Source: a bacterium
GTDB lineage: Bacteria; SAR324; JACQKK01
Length of the DNA: 64,000 nt
Direction: 5' to 3'
Assembly (NCBI GenBank): GCA_965240465.1
Contig: OZ251219.1
Coordinates: forward strand, 896,001-960,000
Position numbers and translations under genes: made by a program. Of this stretch, positions 19,058-29,086 are shown piece by piece (within the stretch, counting starts at the first letter, position 1; each line of letters begins with the position of its first letter). The notes beneath the pieces were generated by a model that saw only the letters and a program-made list of their open reading frames with translations, ran no database searches and had not been told where the DNA came from.

Positions 19058-21445
19058 GTGCTGAGAGGGTGTGGTTTTCGGATGGTTGTTTTGTCTGGTG
19101 GGGGTGTTGTGAGGACGTTATTTTCAGGTAGTTATTTTGCTCACTTGCTTCGCGGTAGCTTGGGCTGGCTTTTGTTGGCAGGTTCCCTGTTTTTGCTGGT
19201 CCAATGTGGAGGTGGGAGTAACAGTGGTGGGAGTAACAGTGGTGGCAGTGGCGAAGGTGAGAGTGGTACTCCCGATTTGGTAATTGTCGGGAGCAAGCTT
19301 AGTTCAAAGAGTGCTGTACTCGGTGGAAACTTGACGATTACCTCAACGATCAAAAATCAGGGTACGGGAATCTCGGGTGGTGCTGATAGTCTACAGACGG
19401 TCACCTTTTATCGTTCTAGCAATAAATTCATTAGTCCCAGAGACGAGGTGCTAGGTACAGCTCCCTTGGATGCTCTGGCACCCAATGCGGAAAGTAATCC
19501 CAGTTTTTCTTTTCTAGCTCGGGCTGGCGATAGTTATTATGGTGCTTGTTTGGGGTTCACCAATGATTGCCAAATTGGAATCAAGCTCAGCGTTCCTAGC
19601 CCTGATATATCTGGTAGTTCAAATAGTGCTACTTGTCAGCTTTCTAAGGGAGGTGTATTTGCATCTGTGCCATCAAGCTCGGCAAATCGTGTGTTGCTGG
19701 ATATGAGTACAAACACTTTTACTGAAAGCATAAGGATAAACCAAGGCAAAATCACACAATATCTTATGCAAATAAAGCAAAAAGGGGTTCTAGATATCTG
19801 GAGTACAGGTTCCGAGGACATGAGTGCTTTACTATTTGATGGGAATTGCAAGGCTATTAGTGAACATTACTATGCCGAAGATGGAGGAATAGGTGGTAGC
19901 AATAACTTCCAGATTTCAGCTATCGCAGCGGAGGGTTATTATTTCTTAGTCCTTTATGAGGAATCTATGAAGCATGCTAGTTTTCGGATAACAGCTAGTC
20001 TTAATTATCCTCCTAGGGTGAAAGGTAGTGACCCGTTGTATCCCCAGCAATGGCACTTAAACAATCCAAATGACCAAGAGATTGATATCAATGCCCCCCA
20101 AGCCTGGGAAATTACACGGGGAAACCCTGAGGTGTTGGTCGCTGTTATTGATACTGGGGCGGAGGTTATACACCCAGATCTAGCCCCGAACCACGATGAT
20201 CGCTATGACATAGAGGTGGATAGTGATACTCCAGATCACGGAACTGCGGTAGTGGGTGTGATAGTCGCAAAAGGAAATAATGGCATAGGCGTTAGCGGAG
20301 TAGCCCCAGAGGTTAGTTTTGTGTCGCGAGGTGCCACACTTGGTACGGATGAGTATATAGCGGGTTCCCTAATCAAAGATAAAGAGCAAGTAGCCATTTC
20401 CAATAATAGTTGGGGTAAGAATTCTAGAGGACGTTTTGTTACAAATTATGAAATCTATAGGGTTGTCCTTGAGGACGGAGTTACCAATGGATATGGTGGC
20501 AAGGGAATTTTCTACGCATTTGCAGGGGGGAATAATCATGAAATAGGTTATAATTCTAACTACGCATTCCCTCAAAGATATTACAGTGTTGCTCCCATTT
20601 GTGCTGTTGGTAAGAATGGTGAAAGAGTCAGTTACTCGGAGAAAGGGGCCAACCTATGGGTTTGTGCTCCCTCTAAGTCCCGCAATCAAATAGGAATTAC
20701 AACTACCGCTGCTGGAGGAGGCTATAAGAGTGATTTCGGGGGCACCTCTGCGGCGGCCCCGATCGTGGCTGGAGTAGCTGCCTTGATGCGTTCTATAAAC
20801 CCAGAACTGGGCTGGAGGGATATACGCCTTATCTTAGCCGTCACCGCCCAAAAAAATGATAGTCTTAACTCAGGATGGTTCCACGGTGTTACTAGCTATG
20901 ATGGTAGCAATTATTCGGGCAGTTTATATCAGCATAATCATGAATATGGCTTCGGGCTTGTCAACGCCGAAGCTGCGGTCCTGAAGTCTCAAAACTGGAA
21001 TAATGTAGGCCAGATGGTGAGAACTCCCTTTTATTCTCAGGATATCCCAACAGCTAAACAGCGGGTCCGTTATGGAGGTACTGGGCTGAGCAGTGTTATT
21101 AAGGTGACAGGCTTAAATGATACCCTTGATTTCATAGAATATATTGACATTGATATTAAAATTAGCGGAAAACACTATGGAAACTTACAGATAAATTTAA
21201 TTTCTCCTGCCAATAAGACCAGTTACTTGGCAGAACAACATCATTGTGTCTATAGTACTATCTATGGTATTATCCAGGGTACATGTGTTTTTAGTGCACC
21301 TACCAAGGCCTACTTTGGTTCAGCCCGCCACTTAGGTGAATCTCCCGATGGAGATTGGACCTTAGAGGTCGTGGATGATGTTATTAACTACAACAACAAT
21401 GTTTATTCCTGGGGTCTTAAGTTCTACGGGCATAAAAAACCGTGA
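19058..21445 (+). CDS. Kexin-like S8 protease, putative lipoprotein (CARDB-like, PPC-like, S8, P-domain); start likely GTG 19109
   Basis: IDTG, HGTAV, GGN, GTSAAAP; YYGAC domain; P-domain; LVQC. Confidence 0.92.
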   Translation: MLRGCGFRMVVLSGGGVVRTLFSGSYFAHLLRGSLGWLLLAGSLFLLVQCGGGSNSGGSNSGGSGEGESGTPDLVIVGSKLSSKSAVLGGNLTITSTIKNQGTGISGGADSLQTVTFYRSSNKFISPRDEVLGTAPLDALAPNAESNPSFSFLARAGDSYYGACLGFTNDCQIGIKLSVPSPDISGSSNSATCQLSKGGVFASVPSSSANRVLLDMSTNTFTESIRINQGKITQYLMQIKQKGVLDIWSTGSEDMSALLFDGNCKAISEHYYAEDGGIGGSNNFQISAIAAEGYYFLVLYEESMKHASFRITASLNYPPRVKGSDPLYPQQWHLNNPNDQEIDINAPQAWEITRGNPEVLVAVIDTGAEVIHPDLAPNHDDRYDIEVDSDTPDHGTAVVGVIVAKGNNGIGVSGVAPEVSFVSRGATLGTDEYIAGSLIKDKEQVAISNNSWGKNSRGRFVTNYEIYRVVLEDGVTNGYGGKGIFYAFAGGNNHEIGYNSNYAFPQRYYSVAPICAVGKNGERVSYSEKGANLWVCAPSKSRNQIGITTTAAGGGYKSDFGGTSAAAPIVAGVAALMRSINPELGWRDIRLILAVTAQKNDSLNSGWFHGVTSYDGSNYSGSLYQHNHEYGFGLVNAEAAVLKSQNWNNVGQMVRTPFYSQDIPTAKQRVRYGGTGLSSVIKVTGLNDTLDFIEYIDIDIKISGKHYGNLQINLISPANKTSYLAEQHHCVYSTIYGIIQGTCVFSAPTKAYFGSARHLGESPDGDWTLEVVDDVINYNNNVYSWGLKFYGHKKP

Positions 21446-21562
21446 TGATTGCCTCAGCGGTGATTTTGTGTTACTCTGCGGTATGCTTGGAATATATTGT
21501 AGGGGGGAGTACCAATGGTTCACCGCTAGTCCCGATCACCAACTCTAATAAGGGACAGAAAT

Positions 21563-23971
21563 ATGAACTGGAAAGCATCATTCTTAGGTAGTTTTACTCA
21601 CTTGCTTCACCGAAGCTTGGGCTGGTTTTTGTTGGCAGGTTCCCTGTTTTTGCTGGTCCAATGCGGAGGTAGTGGTAGCGAAGGTACCGTTCCATCACCA
21701 TCTCCGCCACTGCCATCTCCGCCTGTTGGTACTGATGATTGTAAAACTGAGGCTGAGGGTGCAACTGGTCTGACAATTGTCGGGAGCAAGCTTAGCTCAA
21801 AGAGGGCCTCAATCGGTGATAATCTAAGAGTTACGGTAACGATAAGAAATAAGGGTACGGCTACTTCAGGCGGTACTGGTAGCCCACAGACGGTCACCTT
21901 TTATCGCTCTAGTAATAAATTCATTAGTCCCAGAGACGAGGTGCTAGGTACAGCTTCCTTTGGCACTCTTAGGCCCAATGCGGAAAGTAATCCCAGTTTT
22001 TCTTTTCTAGCCCAGAAAGGCGATAATTATTATGGTGCTTGTTTGGGGACCACCAATAATTGCCAAATTGGGGTCAAGGTCAGCGTTACCAGCCATGATA
22101 TATCCGGTAGCGATAGTTATACTGATCCCTGTACGCTTTATAAGGTGGATAGAACTCCGATTACTACTTCAGCTTCAATAAATGCTAAGTCGCTGACCCT
22201 AGGCAGGACAGTTGATATTGTTACAAGCGTAGAGCAAAATCAAGCCAGATACTATTTGTTGCAAGTAGAGCAAGAAGGGCTTTTGGATATCTGGAGCACC
22301 GGCTCACAAGACACGGTTGCTTTACTATTTGATGGGAATTGCAAGGCTATTAGTGAACATTACTATGCCGAAGATGGAGGAATAGGTGGTAGCAACAACT
22401 TCCAAATTAAGGCTACTGCGGAGGCTGGTTACTATTTTTTAGTGGTTCATGAGAAGTCTCTCAAGGCTGCTAATTTTATGATAAACATCAGGCTTAATGG
22501 TTTTCCAGGGACAGGTGAAGACCCGCTGTATTCTGATCAATGGCACTTAAACAATCCGAATGACCAAGAGATTGATATCAATGCTCCCCAAGCTTGGGAG
22601 ATTACGCGGGGATGTCCTAGTGTGCTAGTTGCTGTTATTGATACTAGGGCGAATGTTGCACACCCAGATTTAGCCCCTAACTACGATGATCGCTACGATA
22701 ATTTTAATCCACCACTTATGCATGAACACGGAACATTAGTATCAGGTGTGATTGCAGCTGCAGGCAATAATGGGATAGGTGTTAGCGGAGTGGCTCCAGA
22801 GGTTGGTTTTGTGTCACGGTTTGCCATTGGGGCGTCGGGTAGTGTTAATTGGAGTATATCAGATGCCCTGATCGGAGATAAGGTGCAAGTAGCCATTTCC
22901 AATAATAGTTATGGTTTGGGGTATATAGTTCAAGGAGACTTTGAGCTAAATAAGGCAATCCATCAGACTGTCCTTGAGGAAGGAATTACCAGTGGATATG
23001 GTGGCAAGGGGATTTTCTACGTATTTGCAGCGGGGAATGATCATGTGTATGGCGATAATTCTAACTATCATAGTCCTGAAAGATATTACAGTGTTGCCAC
23101 CATTTGTGCTGTTGGTAAGAATGGCACCAGATCCTCTTATTCGGAGAAAGGAGCCAACCTGTGGATTTGTGCTCCCTCTTCTGCGTCTGTCACTAACGTA
23201 CAGGCAGGAATCGTAACTACAGATATTGTAGGCAGCGAAGGATCTAGCACAGGTGATTATGCCGATGATTTCAGGGGCACTTCTGCGGCGGCCCCGATCG
23301 TTTCTGGGGTAGCTGCCTTGATGCGTTCTATTAACCCAGAATTGGGTTGGAGGGATGTACGCCTTATCTTAGCCGTCACCGCCCAAAAAAATGATAGCAC
23401 CAACCCAGGATGGTTTGAAGGGATGGCTAGTTATGATGGCAGCAATTATTTGGGCAGTTTATATCAGCATAATCATGAATATGGCTTTGGGGTTGTAGAT
23501 GCCCAAGCTGCGGTCAGTCAATCTCAAAGCTGGAATAATGTAGGCCAGCTGGTAGTAAGTTCTTCTCAATCCAAGGATATCCCAACAGCTAAACAGCAGG
23601 TACCTGATGGAAATACAACTGGGCTAAGCAGTGTTATTACGGTGGCAGGCTTAAATGATACCCTTGATTTCATAGAATATATTGACATTGATATTAATAT
23701 GGATGGAAAACACTACGGAAACTTACAGATAAATTTAATTTCTCCCGACAACAAGACCAGTACTTTGGCAGAAGAACATCATTGTGTCTATAATCGTATA
23801 CTGATTACATGTGCTTTTAATACACCTACCAAGGCCTCCTTTGGCTCTGCCCGCCATTTGGGTGAGTCTCCTGATGGAGATTGGACCTTAGAGATCGTGG
23901 ATGATGTTATTAACCACAACAACAATGTTTATTCCTGGGGTCTTAAGTTCTACGGGCATAAAAAACCGTGA
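21563..23971 (+). CDS. Kexin-like S8 protease, putative lipoprotein (CARDB-like, PPC-like, S8, P-domain)
   Basis: IDTR, HGTLV, AGN, GTSAAAP; paralog. Confidence 0.92.
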   Translation: MNWKASFLGSFTHLLHRSLGWFLLAGSLFLLVQCGGSGSEGTVPSPSPPLPSPPVGTDDCKTEAEGATGLTIVGSKLSSKRASIGDNLRVTVTIRNKGTATSGGTGSPQTVTFYRSSNKFISPRDEVLGTASFGTLRPNAESNPSFSFLAQKGDNYYGACLGTTNNCQIGVKVSVTSHDISGSDSYTDPCTLYKVDRTPITTSASINAKSLTLGRTVDIVTSVEQNQARYYLLQVEQEGLLDIWSTGSQDTVALLFDGNCKAISEHYYAEDGGIGGSNNFQIKATAEAGYYFLVVHEKSLKAANFMINIRLNGFPGTGEDPLYSDQWHLNNPNDQEIDINAPQAWEITRGCPSVLVAVIDTRANVAHPDLAPNYDDRYDNFNPPLMHEHGTLVSGVIAAAGNNGIGVSGVAPEVGFVSRFAIGASGSVNWSISDALIGDKVQVAISNNSYGLGYIVQGDFELNKAIHQTVLEEGITSGYGGKGIFYVFAAGNDHVYGDNSNYHSPERYYSVATICAVGKNGTRSSYSEKGANLWICAPSSASVTNVQAGIVTTDIVGSEGSSTGDYADDFRGTSAAAPIVSGVAALMRSINPELGWRDVRLILAVTAQKNDSTNPGWFEGMASYDGSNYLGSLYQHNHEYGFGVVDAQAAVSQSQSWNNVGQLVVSSSQSKDIPTAKQQVPDGNTTGLSSVITVAGLNDTLDFIEYIDIDINMDGKHYGNLQINLISPDNKTSTLAEEHHCVYNRILITCAFNTPTKASFGSARHLGESPDGDWTLEIVDDVINHNNNVYSWGLKFYGHKKP

Positions 23972-24052
23972 TGATTGCCTCAGCGGTGATTTTGTGCTAC
24001 GCTGTACTTGTCTGGGACCAATTTGCGTTATAGGGGAAATATAGGCGGGGCG

Positions 24053-24129
24053 GTGTCAATCCCGAGTAGTGTCAATCCCGAGTAGTGTCAATCCCGAGTA
24101 GTGTCAATCCCGAGTAGTGTCAATCCCGA
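24053..24129. repeat. 16-bp tandem repeat GTGTCAATCCCGAGTA, about 4.8 copies
   Basis: Directly visible upstream of ATG 24157. Confidence 0.95.
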
Positions 24130-24156
24130 TCGCCAGCCCTGATAAGTGACAGAAAT

Positions 24157-26535
24157 ATGAGCTGGAAAGCATCATTCTTAGGTAGTTTTGCTAACTTGCT
24201 TCGCGGTAGCTTGGGCTGGCTTTTGTTGGCAGGTTCCCTGTTTTTGCTGGTCCAATGTGGAGGTGGCAGTGGCGGAGGTGGCGGAGGTGGCGGAGGTGAG
24301 AGTGATACTCCCGATTTGGTAATTGTCGGGAGCGAGCTTAGTTCAAAGAGTGCTGTACTCGGTGAAAACTTGACGATTACCTCAACGATCAAAAATCAGG
24401 GTACGGGAATCTCGGGTGGTGCTGATAGTCTACAGACGGTCACCTTTTATCGTTCTAGTAATAAATTCATTAGTCCCAGAGACGAGATACTAGGTATAGC
24501 TTCCTTTGGTACGCTGGAACCCAATGCCCAAAGCACTCAATCTTTCAATTTTGAGGCTCGGGCTGGCGATAATTATTATGGTGCTTGTTTGGGGTTCACC
24601 AATGATTGCCAAATTGGAATCAAGGTCAGCATTTCCGTCCCTGATATATCTGGTAGTTCAAATCGTACTACTTGTCAGATTTCTGGGGGAGGTGTATCTG
24701 CGTTCATGACTTCAGGTTCAGAAATTCCTAGGATTCTGTACAGTAGTAAAAACACTTTTACTGAGAGAATGAAGCTAGACCGAGGCGGAGTAGGATACTA
24801 TTTGCTGAAAGTAGAGCGAAAAGGGACTCTAGATATCTGGACTACCGGTTCCGAGGACATGAGTGCTTTACTATTTGATGGGAATTGTAATGCTATTAGT
24901 GAACGTTACTATGCCGAAGACGGAGGAATAGGTGGTGGCAATAACTTCCAGATTTCAGCTATCGCAGCGGAGGGTTATTATTCATTAGTCTTTTATGAGA
25001 AATCCTTCAAGGTCGCTACTTTTGATATCACAGCCATACTTAATTATCCTCCTAGGGTGATAGGGGATGACCCGCTGTATTCTGATCAATGGCACTTAAA
25101 CAATCCGAATGACCAAGAGATTGATATCAATGCCCCCCAAGCTTGGGAAATTACGCGGGGAAACCCTGAGGTGTTGGTCGCTATTATAGATGGTGGGGTG
25201 GAGATTACACACCCAGATCTAGCCCCGAACTACGATGATCGCTATTATGATTTAGAAGATGTTAATGATTACTTAGATCACGGAACATCAGTGGCAGGTC
25301 TGATAGTCGCAAAAGGCAATAATGGCATAGGCGTTAGCGGAGTGGCTCCAGAGGTTAGTTTTGTGTCGCGAGGTTTAGATGCCCCAGGGTCTGATGAATG
25401 GGGTACATTAAGTGCCCTCATCAAAGATAAAGAGCAAGTAGCCATTTCCAATAATAGCTGGAGTACGTCTGGTTCTTTCAAGGGGATATTTTATCCAAGT
25501 GATAGATATGCATCCTATGGGACTGTCATTACAGAAGGAATTACCAGTGGATATGGTGGCAAGGGGATTTTCTACGCATTTGCAGGGGGGAATGATCATG
25601 AAGAAGGTAATAATTCTAACTACACAGTCCCTGGAAGATATTACAGTGTTACCACCATTTGTGCTGTTAGTAAGGATGGCACCAGATCCTCTTATTCGGA
25701 GAAAGGAGCCAATCTGTGGATTTGTGCCCCCTCTTCTGAGTCTGTCACTAACGTACAGGCAGGAGTTGTAACGACAGATGTTACAGGCATGGAAGGAACT
25801 AGTACGGGTGATTATTCCGATGATTTCGGGGGCACTTCTGCGGCGACTCCGATCGTTTCTGGGGTAGCTGCTTTGATGCGTTCTGCTAACCCAGAATTGG
25901 GCTGGAGGGATATACGTCTTATCTTAGCCGTCACCGCCCAAAAGAATGATAGCACCAACCCAGGATGGTTTGAAGGGATGGCTAGTTATGATGGCAGCAA
26001 TTATTCGGGCAGTTTATATCAGCACAATCATGAATATGGCTTTGGGGTTGTAGATGCCCAAGCTGCGGTCAGTCAATCTCAAAACTGGAATAATGTAGGT
26101 GAGATGGTGGTAGGTTCTTCTCAGTCCAAGGATATCCCAACAGCTAAGCAGCAGGTACCTGATGGAAATACAACTGGGCTAAGCAGTGTTATAAGTGTGA
26201 CTGACCTAAATGCTACCCTTGATTTCATAGAATATGTTGACATTGAACTTAATATGGATGGAGAAAACTATGGAGACCTACAGATAAATCTCACTTCTCC
26301 CGCCAATAAGACCAGTACTTTGGCAGAACGACATGATTGTTCTAATATCGAGGTGGTTTTAGTGGTTTTTAAGTGTGTTTTTGACACCCCTACCAAGGTC
26401 TCCTTTGGTTCCGCCCGCCACTTAGGTGAATCTCCTGATGGAGATTGGACCTTAGAGGTTATAGATGGAATTACTGGCGACAACAACAATGTTTATTCTT
26501 GGGGTCTTAAGTTCTACGGGCATAAAAAACCGTGA
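24157..26535 (+). CDS. Kexin-like S8 protease, putative lipoprotein (CARDB-like, PPC-like, S8, P-domain)
   Basis: IDGG, HGTSV, GGN, GTSAATP; paralog. Confidence 0.92.
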   Translation: MSWKASFLGSFANLLRGSLGWLLLAGSLFLLVQCGGGSGGGGGGGGGESDTPDLVIVGSELSSKSAVLGENLTITSTIKNQGTGISGGADSLQTVTFYRSSNKFISPRDEILGIASFGTLEPNAQSTQSFNFEARAGDNYYGACLGFTNDCQIGIKVSISVPDISGSSNRTTCQISGGGVSAFMTSGSEIPRILYSSKNTFTERMKLDRGGVGYYLLKVERKGTLDIWTTGSEDMSALLFDGNCNAISERYYAEDGGIGGGNNFQISAIAAEGYYSLVFYEKSFKVATFDITAILNYPPRVIGDDPLYSDQWHLNNPNDQEIDINAPQAWEITRGNPEVLVAIIDGGVEITHPDLAPNYDDRYYDLEDVNDYLDHGTSVAGLIVAKGNNGIGVSGVAPEVSFVSRGLDAPGSDEWGTLSALIKDKEQVAISNNSWSTSGSFKGIFYPSDRYASYGTVITEGITSGYGGKGIFYAFAGGNDHEEGNNSNYTVPGRYYSVTTICAVSKDGTRSSYSEKGANLWICAPSSESVTNVQAGVVTTDVTGMEGTSTGDYSDDFGGTSAATPIVSGVAALMRSANPELGWRDIRLILAVTAQKNDSTNPGWFEGMASYDGSNYSGSLYQHNHEYGFGVVDAQAAVSQSQNWNNVGEMVVGSSQSKDIPTAKQQVPDGNTTGLSSVISVTDLNATLDFIEYVDIELNMDGENYGDLQINLTSPANKTSTLAERHDCSNIEVVLVVFKCVFDTPTKVSFGSARHLGESPDGDWTLEVIDGITGDNNNVYSWGLKFYGHKKP

Positions 26536-26653
26536 TGATTGCCTCAGCGGTGATTTTGTGTTACTCTACCGTGTGCGGTCGGAATATATTGTAGGGGGAG
26601 TATCAGTGGTTCACTGCTAATCCTGATCGCCAATTCTAGTAAGGGGCAGAAAT

Positions 26654-28999
26654 ATGAACTGGAAAGCATCATTCTTAGGTAGTTTTGCTAACTTGCTTCA
26701 CCGAAGCTTGGGTTGGCTTTTGTTGGCAGGCTCCATGTTTCTTTTGGCACAATGCGGAGGTGGGAGTAGTAGCGGGAGCGGAACGGTTGCTAGTAGTAAT
26801 GATTGTAAAACTGAGGATGACGATGCAACGGGTTTGACAATTGTGGATACCAAGATTAGCTCTCAGAAGGCTGAAATCGGTGATAATCTAAGGGTTACAG
26901 TAACTGTAAGAAATCAGGGTACAGCTACTTCAGGCGGTGCTGGTAGCTCACAGATTGTCACCTTTTATCGTTCTTATAGTAAATTCATTAGTCCCAGAGA
27001 CGAAATGCTGAGTACAGCTCCCTTAGACGCCCTGGAACCCAATGCGGAAAGTAATCCCAGTTTTTCTTTCCCAGCCAGTTCGGGAGATAATTATTATGGT
27101 GCCTGTTTGGGGACCATCAATAGTTGCCAAATTGGGATAAAGGTTAGTGTTCCCCATCCCGATATATCCGGTAGCGATAGTTATACTGATACCTGCACGC
27201 TTTACAGGGTAGATAAAATTCCGATTACTACTTCAGCTTCAATAAATGCTAAGTCGCTGACCCTAGGCAATTCAGTTGAAATTGCGGATGAAGACGTCAA
27301 TCAAAACGAAGCAAAATACTATTTGCTACAATTAAATCAAAAAGGAATCCTGAGTGTCTGGACCACAGGTTCCGCGGACACGGTTGCCTTACTATTTGAT
27401 GGGAATTGCAATCCTGTTAATGGACATGACTATGCTGATAATGGAGGAATAGGTGGTGAAAATAACTCACAGATTTCAGCCACTGCAGAGGCGGGCTACT
27501 ATTTTGTAGTGGTTCATGAAAAGTTCCTCAAGGCAGCGACCTTCTCTGTCCGGTCCAGGCTTGCCTATCCTCCACAAGAAATTGGTGAAGACCGGCTGTA
27601 CCCAAAGCAATGGCACTTAAACAATCAGGATGACATTGATATCAATGCCCCCCAAGCTTGGGAAATTACGCGGGGATGTCCTAGTGTGCTGGTTGCTGTT
27701 CTTGATGGTGGGGTGGAAATTACACACCCAGATTTAGCCCCTAACCACGACGATCGCTATGACAATCCTGGTGTTGAGTATGATACAGCTCACGGAACTG
27801 CGGTAGCGGGTTTGGTCGCTGCGGTAGGCAATAATGGCATAGGCGTGAGCGGAGTAGCTCCAGAGGTTAGTTTTGTGTCACGATTTATCATTGGGTTTGG
27901 CAACACTCAGAATATAGCGGAAGCCCTTGTACGAGATAAAGAGCAAGTAGCCATTTCCAATAATAGTTGGAATAACAAGGGGTTTTACGGAGACTTTGAG
28001 TCAAATAATGAAATCCGTAGGACTGTCATTACAGAAGGAGTTACCAATGGATATGGTGGCAAGGGGATTTTCTACGCATTTTCAGGGGGAAATGGACATT
28101 TGTATGGTGATAATGCTAGCTACAGTACTCCTGAAAGATATTACAGTGTTGTTGCCATTTGTGCTGTCAATAAAAATGGTGAAAGATCCTCTTATTCTGA
28201 GAAAGGAGCCAACCTGTGGATTTGTGCCCCTTCTGGCGGCGTTCCGAATGGAGGACTTGTAACGACAAATATTTCAGGTAATTATACCAATAGTTTCGAT
28301 GGTACTTCTGGTGCAGCCCCGATAGTATCTGGGGTAGCTGCCTTGATGCGTTCTGCTAACCCAGAACTGGGCTGGAGGGATGTACGCCTTATCTTAGCGG
28401 CTACCGCCAAAAAAATTGGTAGCAAATCAGGATGGTTCCAAGGAGTAGCTAGCTACAATGGTAGCGATTATTTCGGAAATCCCTACCAACACAATCATGA
28501 ATATGGCTTCGGGCTTGTCAACGCCCAAGCTGCTGTCAGTCAATCTCTAAACTGGCATAATGTAGGCCAGATGGTGAAAACATCTTATAAATCTAAGGGT
28601 ATCCCGATGGCTAAACGGCAGGTCCGTTATGGAAACCAAAACGGGTTAAGCAGTGTCCTTAAGGTGACGGGCTTAAATGATACCCTGGACTTCATAGAAC
28701 ACGTTGACATTAAAATTAATATATATGGACTAAGCTACGGGGACTTACAGATAAATTTAACTTCTCCCGCCAATAAAACCAGTATTTTGGCAGAAGAGCA
28801 TACTTGTTATAATAGGGGTAATGATAGGTATTATGTCTGTCTTTTTAACAGACCTACCGATGCTTTCTTTGGTTCAGCCCGCCATTTGGGTGAGTCTCCC
28901 GATGGAGATTGGACATTGAAGGTCGTAGATAAGGTTCTCGGCAACACCAACAGGATTTATTACTGGGGTCTTAAGTTCTACGGGCATAAAAAACCGTGA
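26654..28999 (+). CDS. Kexin-like S8 protease, putative lipoprotein (CARDB-like, PPC-like, S8, P-domain)
   Basis: LDGG, HGTAV, GGN, GTSGAAP; paralog. Confidence 0.92.
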   Translation: MNWKASFLGSFANLLHRSLGWLLLAGSMFLLAQCGGGSSSGSGTVASSNDCKTEDDDATGLTIVDTKISSQKAEIGDNLRVTVTVRNQGTATSGGAGSSQIVTFYRSYSKFISPRDEMLSTAPLDALEPNAESNPSFSFPASSGDNYYGACLGTINSCQIGIKVSVPHPDISGSDSYTDTCTLYRVDKIPITTSASINAKSLTLGNSVEIADEDVNQNEAKYYLLQLNQKGILSVWTTGSADTVALLFDGNCNPVNGHDYADNGGIGGENNSQISATAEAGYYFVVVHEKFLKAATFSVRSRLAYPPQEIGEDRLYPKQWHLNNQDDIDINAPQAWEITRGCPSVLVAVLDGGVEITHPDLAPNHDDRYDNPGVEYDTAHGTAVAGLVAAVGNNGIGVSGVAPEVSFVSRFIIGFGNTQNIAEALVRDKEQVAISNNSWNNKGFYGDFESNNEIRRTVITEGVTNGYGGKGIFYAFSGGNGHLYGDNASYSTPERYYSVVAICAVNKNGERSSYSEKGANLWICAPSGGVPNGGLVTTNISGNYTNSFDGTSGAAPIVSGVAALMRSANPELGWRDVRLILAATAKKIGSKSGWFQGVASYNGSDYFGNPYQHNHEYGFGLVNAQAAVSQSLNWHNVGQMVKTSYKSKGIPMAKRQVRYGNQNGLSSVLKVTGLNDTLDFIEHVDIKINIYGLSYGDLQINLTSPANKTSILAEEHTCYNRGNDRYYVCLFNRPTDAFFGSARHLGESPDGDWTLKVVDKVLGNTNRIYYWGLKFYGHKKP

Positions 29000-29086
29000 T
29001 GAGTGCCTCAGCGGTGATTTTGTGTTACTCTGCCGTGTGCGGTTTTCTGGAATATTTTGATGGTTTTTTGGAGTAGGAGCTCGCAC

